The notes below the pieces were generated by a model. It ran no database searches, was not told where the DNA came from, and saw only the letters and a program-made list of their open reading frames with translations. From contig WJME01000336.1 of NCBI GenBank assembly GCA_014728115.1, positions 13,563 through 77,562 on the forward strand: a DNA stretch of 64,000 nucleotides. Reading direction: 5' to 3'. Position 1 is the first letter of the stretch; each line of letters opens with the position of its first letter. Shown here piece by piece: positions 9,932-20,813 of this stretch. This DNA comes from Candidatus Zhuqueibacterota bacterium (GTDB lineage Bacteria; Zhuqueibacterota; Zhuqueibacteria; Residuimicrobiales; Oceaniaggregativiventaceae). The position numbers and the translations under genes were made by a program.

Positions 9932-10807
9932 TTATCCCACAATATGGTTTACCCGTTTTATCGTATCCACGATCTGCTCAGGAGCCACAAACCCAATCGT
10001 CATGGCATCTACATTTCCACTCTTTAAAACATATCGCAAACTCTTTTCACGTTGTTCATCTTTGACCAAATTACCGCATCCAAAGATTTTCATGCCAATA
10101 ACTCCCTTGCCTTGTGCATGCATTTTGGCAAGGATGGGCATAATCACAGAAGGATCGCCATCCATTCTGTCTCCATTATAGTTGATACGGGCCAAAATCA
10201 CATCCACCCAGGAAAGTTCCGAGGCCCGTTTCAAAGCTTCGAGAGAATGGCAGGATACACCATGTGCACGGATGATTCCCTTTTCCTTGGCTCTAGAGAG
10301 TTGCTCCAGCCAGGATTCATATTTCTTGTCCCATTGTACATCTACTTGACTGTGCATAAGCACGAGGTCGATCATATCGACATTCATTTCTTTTCGAAAC
10401 CGATCCAGGGCGGCGTTGGCATCCTTGACCTGCAACCAGTTATTGGGTTGAGTCCACACCTTGGACATGATGGTAAATTTATCCCGTGGAATGACATTCC
10501 ACAGTTTTTTCACATAGTGATGAGATCCATATATATCCGCCACATCAAGAAACGTAACCCCATGATCATAGGCAAACGCCGCGAGATCGTTAAAGCCCTT
10601 GAACCCGAGCTTGGTTTGATCCGAACGGTTTTTCCAGCCATGAGTGCCGGTTCCCAATGCCAACCGGGACACCTGCAACCCTGAATCACCGAGAGCGACT
10701 CGATCCACAAGATCGGCCTCTTTTTGAGCATAGAGATGGCGGGGAATAAAAGAAGAACCGATTATACCAGCCATGGATTTTAAAAATAGTCGTCTATTAT
10801 AGTGCAT
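9932..10807 (-). CDS. Tat-exported aldo/keto reductase
   Basis: NRRLFLK Tat motif, LGDSGLQVSRLALGT, DVADIYG, GVSCH. Confidence 0.88.
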   Translation of the reverse strand: MHYNRRLFLKSMAGIIGSSFIPRHLYAQKEADLVDRVALGDSGLQVSRLALGTGTHGWKNRSDQTKLGFKGFNDLAAFAYDHGVTFLDVADIYGSHHYVKKLWNVIPRDKFTIMSKVWTQPNNWLQVKDANAALDRFRKEMNVDMIDLVLMHSQVDVQWDKKYESWLEQLSRAKEKGIIRAHGVSCHSLEALKRASELSWVDVILARINYNGDRMDGDPSVIMPILAKMHAQGKGVIGMKIFGCGNLVKDEQREKSLRYVLKSGNVDAMTIGFVAPEQIVDTIKRVNHIVG

Positions 10808-10951
10808 AACAAGACTCCCCTGTAATGAGATTTAATCAAGCGTCACGAACACGATGACCTATATCATTGTCTTCCTTGCCCAAATGGGTAACATGAAAAC
10901 CCTGAATAGATATTCCTGGGATTCCTTTTTACATCTCAAATGAGCTTGATG

Positions 10952-12244
10952 TTAATTCGCCCAGGCCTGTGGAAAGTAGGCGGGCAGCTTTTTCTCTGCC
11001 ATCTTGGGTTCAAGGCGAGAAAATCGTTGAAGCCCGTTGATCGTGGGGACGCTGGGCCAGTCTTCACCGATGAGCGGTCGAGCATATCGATAAAAATCAT
11101 CTGTGACATCGATCCGGTTCGGTGTGATCCATGATCTGGGAAATTCCCGTTCTGAATTAGCGACGAGAGCCAGAGGCACATGGGTATAGTCCACATTGTA
11201 AATCACACCGGGTCTTCGCAAAATCGTAGACATGCTTCCGGTTCCCTGTTCCAGGGCAATGAGGACACAATTTTGTCCCAACTTGTAGGCTTCATCAAGA
11301 TCAACCGTAGAAGCATAGATCATGGTATCGCGCTGATCAGTTCCGGCCACTTGACCTCTTGCAAGGCCCTTTGCCTTGATTCCAGAACGATTCAGATGAT
11401 TGACAATGATCTGTTCGGCGGTTAAACTGCTTGAACCAAAGATGGTGCGGCCAAACGAGTCTTTGGCTTGTCCTACATCGCCCACATCCAGTCCTTCACT
11501 GACCACGACCAGGCATCTGCCGCGTCGATTCAATTCATCATTGACATTATCTGTGATTTCTTCCAGCGAGAAACCGGATTCGGGCATATAGATCTGTAAT
11601 GGCATTTCCCGTTTAGGATCTGCCAAACGTGCGGCAGCGGGCAGAAAACCGATTCTGCGCCCCATCACTTGTAAAACAAGAACAGGATCAGAGCCTCTCA
11701 TCCCTCTGTTTTCTTGATCAGCATTCTGTACCACATAAGACCAATAGCGGGCGACACTGCCATAGCCGGGTGTGTGATCGATTAATTTGAATTCGCTGTC
11801 GCCCATATCATTATTGATGGTTTTTGCTGCACCCACGACGACCAGATCAATATTTCGTTCTTTGGTAAGTTGATCGATTTTGAGAGCTGTGGTCATGGAA
11901 TCATTGCCACCGATATAAAAGAAATACCCGACCTGATGAGCCTGAAAAACATCGATGAGACGTTGGAAATCTTTTTTCTGATCATTTTTCAATCTATAGC
12001 GGCATGTTCCAATGGCACCGGAGGCAGGTGTGGTCCTCAACAGCTTGATCTCTTCTTCCGGCTGTAAAGAAAGGTTCAAAAGATGTTCTTGCAGCAATCC
12101 TTCAATTCCAGACACACTTGCATATAGAGTGGAGAAGGTATCAGGATACATTTGGCATGTTTCAATAATACCCCGTAGGGTATTATTGATGACCGGCGAA
12201 GGTCCGCCTGATTGAGCAATAATGACATTTTTGTTCGCAGGCAT
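10952..12244 (-). CDS. PfkA-family, PPi-dependent-type kinase (diphosphate-fructose-6-phosphate 1-phosphotransferase-like)
   Basis: AQSGGPSPVIN, IGGNDS, AKTINND, VMGR motifs. Confidence 0.8.
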   Translation of the reverse strand: MPANKNVIIAQSGGPSPVINNTLRGIIETCQMYPDTFSTLYASVSGIEGLLQEHLLNLSLQPEEEIKLLRTTPASGAIGTCRYRLKNDQKKDFQRLIDVFQAHQVGYFFYIGGNDSMTTALKIDQLTKERNIDLVVVGAAKTINNDMGDSEFKLIDHTPGYGSVARYWSYVVQNADQENRGMRGSDPVLVLQVMGRRIGFLPAAARLADPKREMPLQIYMPESGFSLEEITDNVNDELNRRGRCLVVVSEGLDVGDVGQAKDSFGRTIFGSSSLTAEQIIVNHLNRSGIKAKGLARGQVAGTDQRDTMIYASTVDLDEAYKLGQNCVLIALEQGTGSMSTILRRPGVIYNVDYTHVPLALVANSEREFPRSWITPNRIDVTDDFYRYARPLIGEDWPSVPTINGLQRFSRLEPKMAEKKLPAYFPQAWAN

Positions 12245-12308
12245 GCCTGTTCCTCCAAAGCGTTCTGTTTATGCATTTACCTGCCATTGCAGGAATGATC
12301 AGTTCGAA

Positions 12309-13571
12309 TTATTTAAAAGGATCATCCTCTAGTCGGTACAACATCTCCCCTGCTTTAGGGACATAGAGGACACCCTGATCCTCCCGTCCTTGCCATTCTT
12401 GCACATCGATAGACTCGGGGTCACGATATCCCAGGTTGATCTTTTCACAGGTCGTTTTTGGGATTCGAGTGGCCAGTACGACATTGATTCTCGGTTTTTC
12501 GATGCCGTTTTCCATACTCCCCACACCTTTAACATGCGTGGAATGTGCCATTACCCCTTTGGGAACATCTGAGAACGCTGACATTTGTTGGACAAAATAA
12601 TCGCGCACATGATAACCGATTCTCTCGATAATATGGCCATGGGTAGCAGAGACCTCTTTGATATGGGGAGCATAAATAATCAGTTCACCGCCATCTGCCA
12701 CCACAGGTTCCAGTTTATACATGCATTTCCCCCCCGTCCAGATGTCATCATACATTTGTGGCGCCCTAGAAAGCACGCTGTGAAACGGTTTGTCCTTGTA
12801 GACAATATGAAGCTGATCCGAGAGATCCGATGCTGCTGACCAGGCTTCCTCGGGTGTCCCGATATAGAGGCCTGCTGCATCATTGCCTTTGACCACAAGG
12901 CTCATACACATTCGTTCCATCGGCAAAAGCCGGGCAGCCCTGTCCACCACCTTCCTGACAGGTGTATATTTGGTGCCAATGATTCTCGGATTGGTGATCA
13001 GAGCGCCTAGCCAATGAAACATGTCGATAATTTCTTGTCCCGATATGCCAGGAAAGAGATACTTGTTCCCCCCGGAAAACCCAACCACTTCATGAGGAAA
13101 AGTGGGTCCCACAATAGTGAGAACATCGTAATCGAAAATCATTTTATTTATCGTCACATCAACGCTTTCTCTCATCAATCCGCTGGAAATTTCAGCGACC
13201 TCGTCCTCGGAAATGGTTCCGATTTCAGTGAGATGGGCAGGATCATTCCAGTGATGATTAAAGAATCTGGCTTTGGGATATTTTGTCTTTCGTTCTTCTG
13301 TGGTGATCCCCACCCGTTGATTGATCATCTCTTCGGATATGGGTGGATGAGTCCCCAGAGCGATAATAAAATCGAGCAATTTGACACGATCTGCCAGTAG
13401 TTTATAAACAGTACGAAACATCAGATCGATAGGGGCAGTTCTTGAATGGTCGGGAATGATGAACAAAACTTTTTTCCCATCCAGCTGTTTTTGTTCCAGA
13501 GCTTCTGCACAGAGCGAAAAAATTTCATTCTCACTCAGAGGATGTGAGGTAGAGCCTTTGCCAATAACCAT
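12309..13571 (-). CDS. LarA/DUF2088 family nickel-pincer racemase/epimerase, probable aldonate 2-epimerase
   Basis: PDHSR, ALGTH, PHEVVGFSGGNK and FHW motifs match LarA catalytic and cofactor-binding residues. Confidence 0.8.
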   Translation of the reverse strand: MVIGKGSTSHPLSENEIFSLCAEALEQKQLDGKKVLFIIPDHSRTAPIDLMFRTVYKLLADRVKLLDFIIALGTHPPISEEMINQRVGITTEERKTKYPKARFFNHHWNDPAHLTEIGTISEDEVAEISSGLMRESVDVTINKMIFDYDVLTIVGPTFPHEVVGFSGGNKYLFPGISGQEIIDMFHWLGALITNPRIIGTKYTPVRKVVDRAARLLPMERMCMSLVVKGNDAAGLYIGTPEEAWSAASDLSDQLHIVYKDKPFHSVLSRAPQMYDDIWTGGKCMYKLEPVVADGGELIIYAPHIKEVSATHGHIIERIGYHVRDYFVQQMSAFSDVPKGVMAHSTHVKGVGSMENGIEKPRINVVLATRIPKTTCEKINLGYRDPESIDVQEWQGREDQGVLYVPKAGEMLYRLEDDPFK

Positions 13572-13747
13572 AATTCACCTTGTGTTAATATCAGAATGAG
13601 GTAACTCTTTTTTTTCATAAAGAAACGTGGTATTTCAGTCCATAAAATTGCAACTCTGAATGTACAGAGACGCTTTTGTCACCCCTATGCATCACCTCCG
13701 CACACTAGATTTCAACTCAAAAATGCCGAAAAAGATTCACAAGCGCT

Positions 13748-14527
13748 TTACAGATTGGCGAGCCAGCCACCATCGACATAGAGCGATTGTCCGGTTACAA
13801 AGTCCGAAGCAGGAGATGCTAAAAAGAGTGCCGCTCCGACCAATTCGTCGGCATTTCCCCATCTTCGCATAGGAGTGCTGTCGATAACGAATTGATTAAA
13901 TGTGGGGTTCTGCACCAGGGGGGCGGTCATTTCCGTTTCAAAGTAACCCGGACCAATAGCATTGACATTGATTCCATACTCTGCCCATTCGACAGCCAGC
14001 GCCTTGGTCAATTGTTTGATGCCTCCTTTGCTGGCAGTATAAGCAGGAATCGACGGCCTTGTCTGCTCACTGAGCAGAGACGAAATATTGATGATTTTGC
14101 CGCCATGTCTTTTTTGCTTACAAGCCAGACAAAATTGTTGGGCAAACACAAATGGTGCCGTAAGGTTAACATCGAGTACGAACTGCCAGGTTTTGGCATC
14201 AAAAGTTTCGGCCTTGTTCCGTAGATTCACGCCGGCCACATTGGTCAGGATATCTATACGACCTACTTGTTCACGCATCTTTTCAAAGACTTTAGGGATC
14301 TGGTCGGTACGAGCGACATCGTGCTCAAACACAAAAGCCTTGCGCCCCATTTCTCGGATCTCGTTGGCGACCTCTTTAAGAGTTTCGCTATTTCTGGACA
14401 GCAATATCAAGTCTGCTCCGGCATTGGCAAATCCCAGCGCGATGGCTTTACCCAGTCCTCTGCTGGCCCCGGTAACCAGAGCGGTTTTTTCGTCCAAACG
14501 AAATAATCGGTCGGTATTCACACACAT
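13748..14527 (-). CDS. SDR, gluconate 5-dehydrogenase (IdnO)/KduD-like
   Basis: TGASRGLG, YTASKGG, NAIGPGYFETEMT, TPMRRWG. Confidence 0.8.
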   Translation of the reverse strand: MCVNTDRLFRLDEKTALVTGASRGLGKAIALGFANAGADLILLSRNSETLKEVANEIREMGRKAFVFEHDVARTDQIPKVFEKMREQVGRIDILTNVAGVNLRNKAETFDAKTWQFVLDVNLTAPFVFAQQFCLACKQKRHGGKIINISSLLSEQTRPSIPAYTASKGGIKQLTKALAVEWAEYGINVNAIGPGYFETEMTAPLVQNPTFNQFVIDSTPMRRWGNADELVGAALFLASPASDFVTGQSLYVDGGWLANL

Positions 14528-14569
14528 TCCTTTTGGTTAAATGCAAAAAGGGGGCGAGTGCCCCCTCTA

Positions 14570-15991
14570 TTATATTTCGAGCCATTCAGTATGAAAGAAT
14601 TCACCGCGTGGCTTGTCTACACGTTCATAGGTATGAGCCCCAAAATAGTCGCGTTGAGCCTGCAGGAGGTTGGCAGGCAGGCGTTCGCTGCGATAGCCAT
14701 CATAATAGGCTAATGCGCTGCTAAAGGCCGGAACAGGAACGCCCCATTCAACGGCCCGGGCAACCACATGGCGCCAGGCTTTTTGGGCATTGTCGATCGC
14801 CTCTTTGAAATAGGGGGCCAACAGCAGATTACTCAGATCGGGTTGTTTGTCATAAGCGTCTTTGATCTTGCCGAGGAATTGAGCGCGAATGATACAGCCA
14901 TTTCGCCACATCAAGGCAATATCCCCAAAACTCAAATCCCAGTTATATTCTTGTGCTGCCGCACCCATAATTTGGTATCCCTGTGCATAGGAACAAATTT
15001 TTGAGGCGTACAGTGCCTGGCGAATCATTTCGATGAATTCTTTTTTGTCGCCCTTGAACTCTGAAACAGGCCCATTCAGCTCTTTGCTGGCAGCAACGCG
15101 TTCATCTTTGAGGGCGCTCATAAAGCGGGCAAATACGGCTTCAGCAACGGTTTGTGCGGGCACACCCTGATCCAGTGCTGCCTGGGAGGTCCATTTACCC
15201 GTGCCTTTTTGTCCGGCTGTATCCAGAATGACATCCACCATTGGCTTTCCGGTTTCTTTATCGGTTTTGCTTAGGATATCTCTGGTGATTTCGATGAGAT
15301 AACTGTCGAGCTCGCCTTTATTCCACTCGGCAAAGACATCGCTCATCTCTTGCGGGCTCATTCCCAGGGCATTGCGCATCAGGGCATAAGACTCGCAGAT
15401 CATTTGCATATCCCCGTATTCGATCCCATTATGAACCATTTTAACAAAGTGACCGGCGCCGTCAGCCCCGACCCACTCACAACAGGGCGAGCCATCCGGG
15501 GCCTTGGCCGCGATCCCCTGAAATATCGGCTTGACATGTTCCCATGCAGCCAGAGATCCACCCGGCATAATCGACGGGCCCTTTAACGCGCCTTCTTCGC
15601 CACCGGATACTCCGGTTCCGATGAACAGAAATCCCTTTTCTTCCAGGTATTGGGTTCTGCGAACAGAATCAGGGAAATGGCTGTTTCCGCCATCGATAAT
15701 GATATCGCCTTTTTCAAGATGGGGTAAAACCATTTCAATAAAATCGTCGACAGGTTTTCCGGCTTTGACCATCAACATGACCTTGCGGGGTCGTTTAAGG
15801 CTGGCGGTCAATTCTTCGATACTATGGCATCCCTTGATATTCTTTCCCTGTGCCCGGTTTTCGATAAACCGATCGACTTTGGAGACCGTCCGATTAAACA
15901 CCGATACAGAAAATCCGTGGTTAGCCATATTGAGCACGAGATTTTCACCCATTACAGCCAAGCCGATTAAACCAATGTCGTAATCACCCAT
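14570..15991 (-). CDS. gnd: 6-phosphogluconate dehydrogenase, decarboxylating
   Basis: [42 protein letters not shown]. Confidence 0.97.
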   Translation of the reverse strand: MGDYDIGLIGLAVMGENLVLNMANHGFSVSVFNRTVSKVDRFIENRAQGKNIKGCHSIEELTASLKRPRKVMLMVKAGKPVDDFIEMVLPHLEKGDIIIDGGNSHFPDSVRRTQYLEEKGFLFIGTGVSGGEEGALKGPSIMPGGSLAAWEHVKPIFQGIAAKAPDGSPCCEWVGADGAGHFVKMVHNGIEYGDMQMICESYALMRNALGMSPQEMSDVFAEWNKGELDSYLIEITRDILSKTDKETGKPMVDVILDTAGQKGTGKWTSQAALDQGVPAQTVAEAVFARFMSALKDERVAASKELNGPVSEFKGDKKEFIEMIRQALYASKICSYAQGYQIMGAAAQEYNWDLSFGDIALMWRNGCIIRAQFLGKIKDAYDKQPDLSNLLLAPYFKEAIDNAQKAWRHVVARAVEWGVPVPAFSSALAYYDGYRSERLPANLLQAQRDYFGAHTYERVDKPRGEFFHTEWLEI

Positions 15992-16047
15992 GATAACTCT
16001 CCTTTAACATATCACAATTCATGCATATCAAAATTAATTCAAGTAGA

Positions 16048-16827
16048 CTATATAGTCATGGCCGTATATCCCCCATCGACCCGTAAAAGCGCACCGGTCA
16101 CAAAGGATGAGGCTTTGTAAGATGCCAGCCAGATCACAGCACCTCCCAGTTCTTCAGCTTCTCCGAACCGGTTCATCGGTGTATGACGCATAATGTCGGC
16201 AATTCTTTCCTCGGTCAGGATTTTGCGGTTTTGCTCAGCCGGGAAAAATCCCGGGGCAATTGCATTGACACGCAATCCCTGAGTGGCCCATTCGCGAGCC
16301 AGGAAACGGGTCATGTTATTCACGCCGGCTTTGGAAACACTATAGGTAAATACCTTAGACAGAGGTAATTCAGACGAAGCCGACGAGATATTGATAATAC
16401 TCCCCTTGATGGCTTTTTCGATCATATTTTTTGCAAAGACCTGGCAAGCAAAAAACATGGATTTCAAATTGACATCCAGGATTTTTTGCCACTCTTGTTC
16501 AGAGATATCAAAAAATGGAGTACTGGAATTGATGCCAGGGGCATTGATCAGAATGGATGTATGCCCCAAGGTATTGGCAATTTTTTCGTCAGCATCGGCA
16601 AGATCTTTTTTCGAGGTCGCATCGACCTGAATGGCCATGGTTTCTGTGCCGGATTGAGCCACCTGATCGGCAATTTTTTCAGCATTTTCCATATTCAAAT
16701 CGAGTATTGCGACCTTGGCACCCGCCTTTCCGAGCGCTTCAGCCATGGAACCTGCCAGGACCCCTCCCCCACCGATCACGGCAGCGACCTGGCCATCTAG
16801 TTGAAACATTTCTTGTACAAAACTCAA
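16048..16827 (-). CDS. SDR, D-mannonate oxidoreductase/fructuronate reductase-like
   Basis: GGGGVLA, PLSKVFTYSVSKA, NAIAPGFFPAEQNRKIL, HTPMNRFG; TTG start after aggagg. Confidence 0.75.
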   Translation of the reverse strand: MSFVQEMFQLDGQVAAVIGGGGVLAGSMAEALGKAGAKVAILDLNMENAEKIADQVAQSGTETMAIQVDATSKKDLADADEKIANTLGHTSILINAPGINSSTPFFDISEQEWQKILDVNLKSMFFACQVFAKNMIEKAIKGSIINISSASSELPLSKVFTYSVSKAGVNNMTRFLAREWATQGLRVNAIAPGFFPAEQNRKILTEERIADIMRHTPMNRFGEAEELGGAVIWLASYKASSFVTGALLRVDGGYTAMTI

Positions 16828-16866
16828 ATCAAACCTCCTATTATGTTTAAATCCAGAATAGCAGCA

Positions 16867-17910
16867 TCAAGGAACAGAAATTCTGACCGTTCCTTTGGGA
16901 TTGGCGCCGCAGGTTTCACGGACGATGAGTTGCGTTGGCAAAAAGATTTGCCGGGTCGAGATCGACTGATTGCGATTTTGAATGCGACGCCATAAAAGAT
17001 CCATAGCTTTGGATCCGATTTCATGTGCAGGCTGTGCTACCGTCGTCAAAGCAGTTTCCAGGTAGGCCGAGACTCTGGAATCATCGACGCCAATGACACC
17101 CATATCACGAGGAACCTGTACACCCGCTTCGTTCATGGCCCTGATGAATCCAATGGCCACAGAGTCGTTATAACAAAAAACACCGTCTGGTTTATCATCA
17201 GACGATTCAAGCATTGCCTGACCGGCGTGATAGCCGTGCTCAATACGCCAGCCGCCATTAAAGACCCATTCATCTTTTGGCGAGATTTGATGTTTTACGA
17301 GTGCGCGCCGATACCCCTGCAATCGCCGGTCACTGGCAAGGGCACTCTTGGGTCCCGTGATATAGGCAATACGTTGCTTTCCCAAACGAATAAAATGCTC
17401 GGTGGCAGCAAAGGCCCCTGTTTCATCATCTGCACGGACCAGGTCGGCATCGACTCCCGATACTTCGGCCAAAAGGACAAAAGGATAGTTTTCCGTTGCC
17501 AGATCATAAATATGTCCCAGATCAGATCCTTTTTGCAAGGGAAAGATAATCAAGCCATCGACGCGGCGGCGTTTTAAAAGATTGATATTGGCAATTTCCC
17601 GTTCATGCTCCTTGTGGGTATTGCCCATGATCACGCTATAGCCCCGCTCTGCGCATGCTTGTTCCACTCCGAGTGCAATCTGGCTATAGAGTGGATTCGA
17701 GATATCCTTGACCAAAAGGCCAATCATACCGGTTTGTTTACGAGCCAGTGCCCTGGCGACTTCGTTCGGTTTATAATTGTGTTCAGCGATGATGGCCAAC
17801 ACCTTGGCTTTGGTCTTTTCACCGACAGCCGGACTCTGATTCAGCACGCCAGAGACGGTAGCGCGTGATACACCTGCCAATCGAGCAATGTCAGATATTG
17901 TCATGGCCAT
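16867..17910 (-). CDS. LacI-family transcriptional regulator
   Basis: TISDIARLAGVSRATVS HTH, periplasmic-binding-protein-type domain, LTTVAQP. Confidence 0.95.
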   Translation of the reverse strand: MAMTISDIARLAGVSRATVSGVLNQSPAVGEKTKAKVLAIIAEHNYKPNEVARALARKQTGMIGLLVKDISNPLYSQIALGVEQACAERGYSVIMGNTHKEHEREIANINLLKRRRVDGLIIFPLQKGSDLGHIYDLATENYPFVLLAEVSGVDADLVRADDETGAFAATEHFIRLGKQRIAYITGPKSALASDRRLQGYRRALVKHQISPKDEWVFNGGWRIEHGYHAGQAMLESSDDKPDGVFCYNDSVAIGFIRAMNEAGVQVPRDMGVIGVDDSRVSAYLETALTTVAQPAHEIGSKAMDLLWRRIQNRNQSISTRQIFLPTQLIVRETCGANPKGTVRISVP

Positions 17911-17912
17911 AA

Positions 17913-17926
17913 TTGAACCGCTTTAA
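17913..17926. promoter_or_regulatory. Putative LacI operator (autoregulatory)
   Basis: TTGAACCGCTTTAA just upstream of the lacI start; one mismatch to the site at 20815-20828. Confidence 0.5.
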
Positions 17927-17937
17927 GTTTAACGAAA

Positions 17938-17969
17938 ACAGCACCCGCAACAAATCATGCGGGTGCTGT
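17938..17969 (-). terminator. Hairpin/terminator after the TRAP genes
   Basis: Perfect 12-bp stem acagcacccgca/tgcgggtgctgt. Confidence 0.6.
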
Positions 17970-17973
17970 GAGA

Positions 17974-19272
17974 TTAATTAAAACCAAACATTTGTGGTAT
18001 GAGCAAGGAAATCGCAGGTACAAACGTCGTGATCAACAAAACAACAATCATAGCAATGAAAAAGGGGATCAAATGCCGAATCACATTGGTAATCGTGGTA
18101 TTGGCAATTCCACATCCTACAAACAGACAGGAACCCACAGGCGGTGTACAAATACCGATACACAGATTCATGATCATGACAATCCCAAAGTGAATGGGAT
18201 GCATGCCCAGATCCGTGACAATCGGCAGAAAGATCGGCGTAAAAATGAGCACCGCCGGTGTCATGTCCATGAACGTTCCCACAAAGAGCAACAGCATATT
18301 AATGATGAGCAGAATGATGATCCTGTTATCCGTCAATCCCAACAAGGCGGCACTGATATCCTGGGGAATATTTTCATAATTCAGTACCCAGGACATTGCT
18401 GTCGAGGTTCCGATCAACAGCATGACCACAGCAGTGGTGATACCGCACTGAAGCAGAATATCAGGAATCTCTTTTATAGGGACTTCGCGATAAATGACCA
18501 CAGAGAGCAGCAACGCATAGACCACTGCGATGGCAGAAGCTTCGGTCGCTGTAAAGAATCCCGCCAAAATACCGCCCAGTACCAAAATAACGAGAAAGAG
18601 AGGCGGCAGGGCTGCAAAGAATTTTATGATGCCTTCTTTGAGGCCGAATTTCACTCCGCGACCATAATTGCGTTTGATGGAAATGATGCCACTGACAATC
18701 ATCAATCCCAGCCCCATCAAAAAGCCCGGAAAAAAGCCGGCCAAAAAGATCGCCGCAATGGAAACCGCACCACCGGTCGCCAAAGAATATACGATCATCA
18801 CATTGCTCGGCGGGATCAAGAGCCCGGTTGTAGCAGCGGTAATGCTCACAGACGCATTAAAATCGCGAGCATATCCCTCCTTGTTCATAAGAGGGATCAT
18901 AAAACCACCCACGCTGGAGACAGCAGCAACTGCTGAACCAGAGATGGCACCGAACAGCATACAGGTGATAATATTGACATAGGAAAGACCGCCGGGAAAT
19001 CGACCCACCAAGACGTTGGCGAAATCGATGAGACGGCGGGCAATGCCTCCCCGCCCCATCAAAAGACCGGCGAGGATGAAAAAGGGTATTGCCAATAGAG
19101 CAAAGTCATCTATTCCTGTCGCAATTCTCTGGGCTACGATCTGAAACGCAGGCATTCCCCCAATTGCAAACAGAGTGAATAATGTTGACAATCCAATGGC
19201 AAAAGATATAGGCACATTCATAACGAGCAAAAAGATAAAGCTCGTCAACAATACAATGAGAGGCAGGTCCAT
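17974..19272 (-). CDS. dctM: TRAP transporter large permease
   Basis: LLAIPFFILAG, ISGSAVA, LIPPS, TATEA, TPPVG. Confidence 0.95.
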   Translation of the reverse strand: MDLPLIVLLTSFIFLLVMNVPISFAIGLSTLFTLFAIGGMPAFQIVAQRIATGIDDFALLAIPFFILAGLLMGRGGIARRLIDFANVLVGRFPGGLSYVNIITCMLFGAISGSAVAAVSSVGGFMIPLMNKEGYARDFNASVSITAATTGLLIPPSNVMIVYSLATGGAVSIAAIFLAGFFPGFLMGLGLMIVSGIISIKRNYGRGVKFGLKEGIIKFFAALPPLFLVILVLGGILAGFFTATEASAIAVVYALLLSVVIYREVPIKEIPDILLQCGITTAVVMLLIGTSTAMSWVLNYENIPQDISAALLGLTDNRIIILLIINMLLLFVGTFMDMTPAVLIFTPIFLPIVTDLGMHPIHFGIVMIMNLCIGICTPPVGSCLFVGCGIANTTITNVIRHLIPFFIAMIVVLLITTFVPAISLLIPQMFGFN

Positions 19273-19286
19273 TCGAACACCTTTGT

Positions 19287-19808
19287 TTAATCTACTTGTA
19301 CGATAGGCGCATCGGGTTTATCTTGTTTTTCTTTGAATTTTCTCAAGGTTTCGACAAGAAACTCTATGCTATACATAGCGATGAAAAAGCCTGCAATAGG
19401 TATCGCGAGATAGATATAACCCATTTTTATTCCCAGTGCAGGAGTGGTTTGATTTTGCATAAATGTCAGACTTACCAGCCGAACTCCGCCAATAAATAAA
19501 ACAAAAATGGAAAAGAATCCGGTACAGAGATAGACAAACACTTCTGCGATCAAACGTTTTTGAGTCGACAGTTTGCCGACAAAATAGTCTATTCCCAAAT
19601 GCGCACGTCTGTTCAATGCAACGGCAGAGCCCAACAATCCCACCCAAATCACCAAAAAGGTCGCCAACTCTTCGGTCCAGGAACTGGGTTGCTTGAGAAT
19701 AAAACGGGTAATCACCTGCCAGGTCACATCCAACACAAGGACGCCCATAGACACCCCTGTAAGCGTTTCAAGGCTCCTGTCAAGCCACAATTTGATTTTT
19801 GAGAACAT
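19287..19808 (-). CDS. dctQ: TRAP transporter small permease
   Basis: QVITRF...WTEEL, HLGID; four TM segments; lies between dctP and dctM. Confidence 0.92.
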   Translation of the reverse strand: MFSKIKLWLDRSLETLTGVSMGVLVLDVTWQVITRFILKQPSSWTEELATFLVIWVGLLGSAVALNRRAHLGIDYFVGKLSTQKRLIAEVFVYLCTGFFSIFVLFIGGVRLVSLTFMQNQTTPALGIKMGYIYLAIPIAGFFIAMYSIEFLVETLRKFKEKQDKPDAPIVQVD

Positions 19809-19810
19809 TC

Positions 19811-20797
19811 TTATTCTACCTCTTGAATCTTTTTGGCCAGTTCACCGATTTCAGTACCATCATACTCTTGCCACAGCTCCTGTACCTGTGCCTGAAAAGG
19901 AGCTTTGTCAGGCGTATAGACCGTCAGTCCGGCGGCTTTCATTTCTTCCATACTTTGAGCGACAAATTCTTCCCAGAGCTGGATTTGATAAGGTACGGAT
20001 TCTTTGGCAGATTCCATGAGAATTTGCTGATGTTCCGGACTTAATTTATTCCAGGCGATGGTGCTGATGAGAACAATATCCGGTACCATGGTATGTTCAT
20101 CAAGACTATAATGCTTGCACACTTCATAATGACGGGCCGTATAAAGACTGGGAGGATTGTTTTCGGCACCATCGACAACACCTTGCTGCAAAGACGTATA
20201 AAGCTCACCCCATGAAATGGGTGTAGGTGATCCCCCCATTGCCTTGATCATCCTGATCGCCATGGGACTTTGCTGGGTGCGGATCTTGAGGCCTTCCAAA
20301 TCTGCGGGCTCTAGAATGGGTTTATCAACGGTATAAAAACTACGGGCACCTGCATCATAATAAACCAGTCCCTTTAATCCCTTTTGAGCGCCTTCATCCA
20401 AAAGCTGTTGACCGATAGACCCATTCAAAACTTTCCACTTGTGATCGGCATCCCGGAACAAGTACGGAAGGGCAAAAACCTGCATGGAAGGAACAAAGGT
20501 CTCGAGTGCAGAGCTCGACACTTTGGTCATGGCAACACTGCCGATTTGTAACTGTTCGATCAATTCTCGTTCATTCCCCAATTGCTCACTCGGATAGATA
20601 TCGATTTTAATCTTGCCAGCCGATTTTTCGGCCGCTTTTTCAGCCATATAAACCATCCCCTTGTGAACGGGGTGTGTGGTATCCAGACCATGACCCATTT
20701 TTAAATTTACCACACCGTCACCACCTCCGCATCCTGTAAGAATAAAAGCAACGGATGCAAAAAGCAGGATACCTCTCATTGCGAGCTTGGATTTCAT
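19811..20797 (-). CDS. dctP: TRAP transporter substrate-binding lipoprotein
   Basis: Lipobox LTGC, QLGNE, DLEGLKIR, LQQGVVDGAENN; ATG at 20797 after ggagga. Confidence 0.93.
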   Translation of the reverse strand: MKSKLAMRGILLFASVAFILTGCGGGDGVVNLKMGHGLDTTHPVHKGMVYMAEKAAEKSAGKIKIDIYPSEQLGNERELIEQLQIGSVAMTKVSSSALETFVPSMQVFALPYLFRDADHKWKVLNGSIGQQLLDEGAQKGLKGLVYYDAGARSFYTVDKPILEPADLEGLKIRTQQSPMAIRMIKAMGGSPTPISWGELYTSLQQGVVDGAENNPPSLYTARHYEVCKHYSLDEHTMVPDIVLISTIAWNKLSPEHQQILMESAKESVPYQIQLWEEFVAQSMEEMKAAGLTVYTPDKAPFQAQVQELWQEYDGTEIGELAKKIQEVE

Positions 20798-20813
20798 TTG
20801 CTCCTCCAATCGA

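Noticed and set aside
17968-18936. Long antisense ORFs (e.g. 17968-18936, 22041-22892, 37831-38673, 51714-52517)
   Set aside because: Shadow frames opposite well-supported genes, with no protein motifs.
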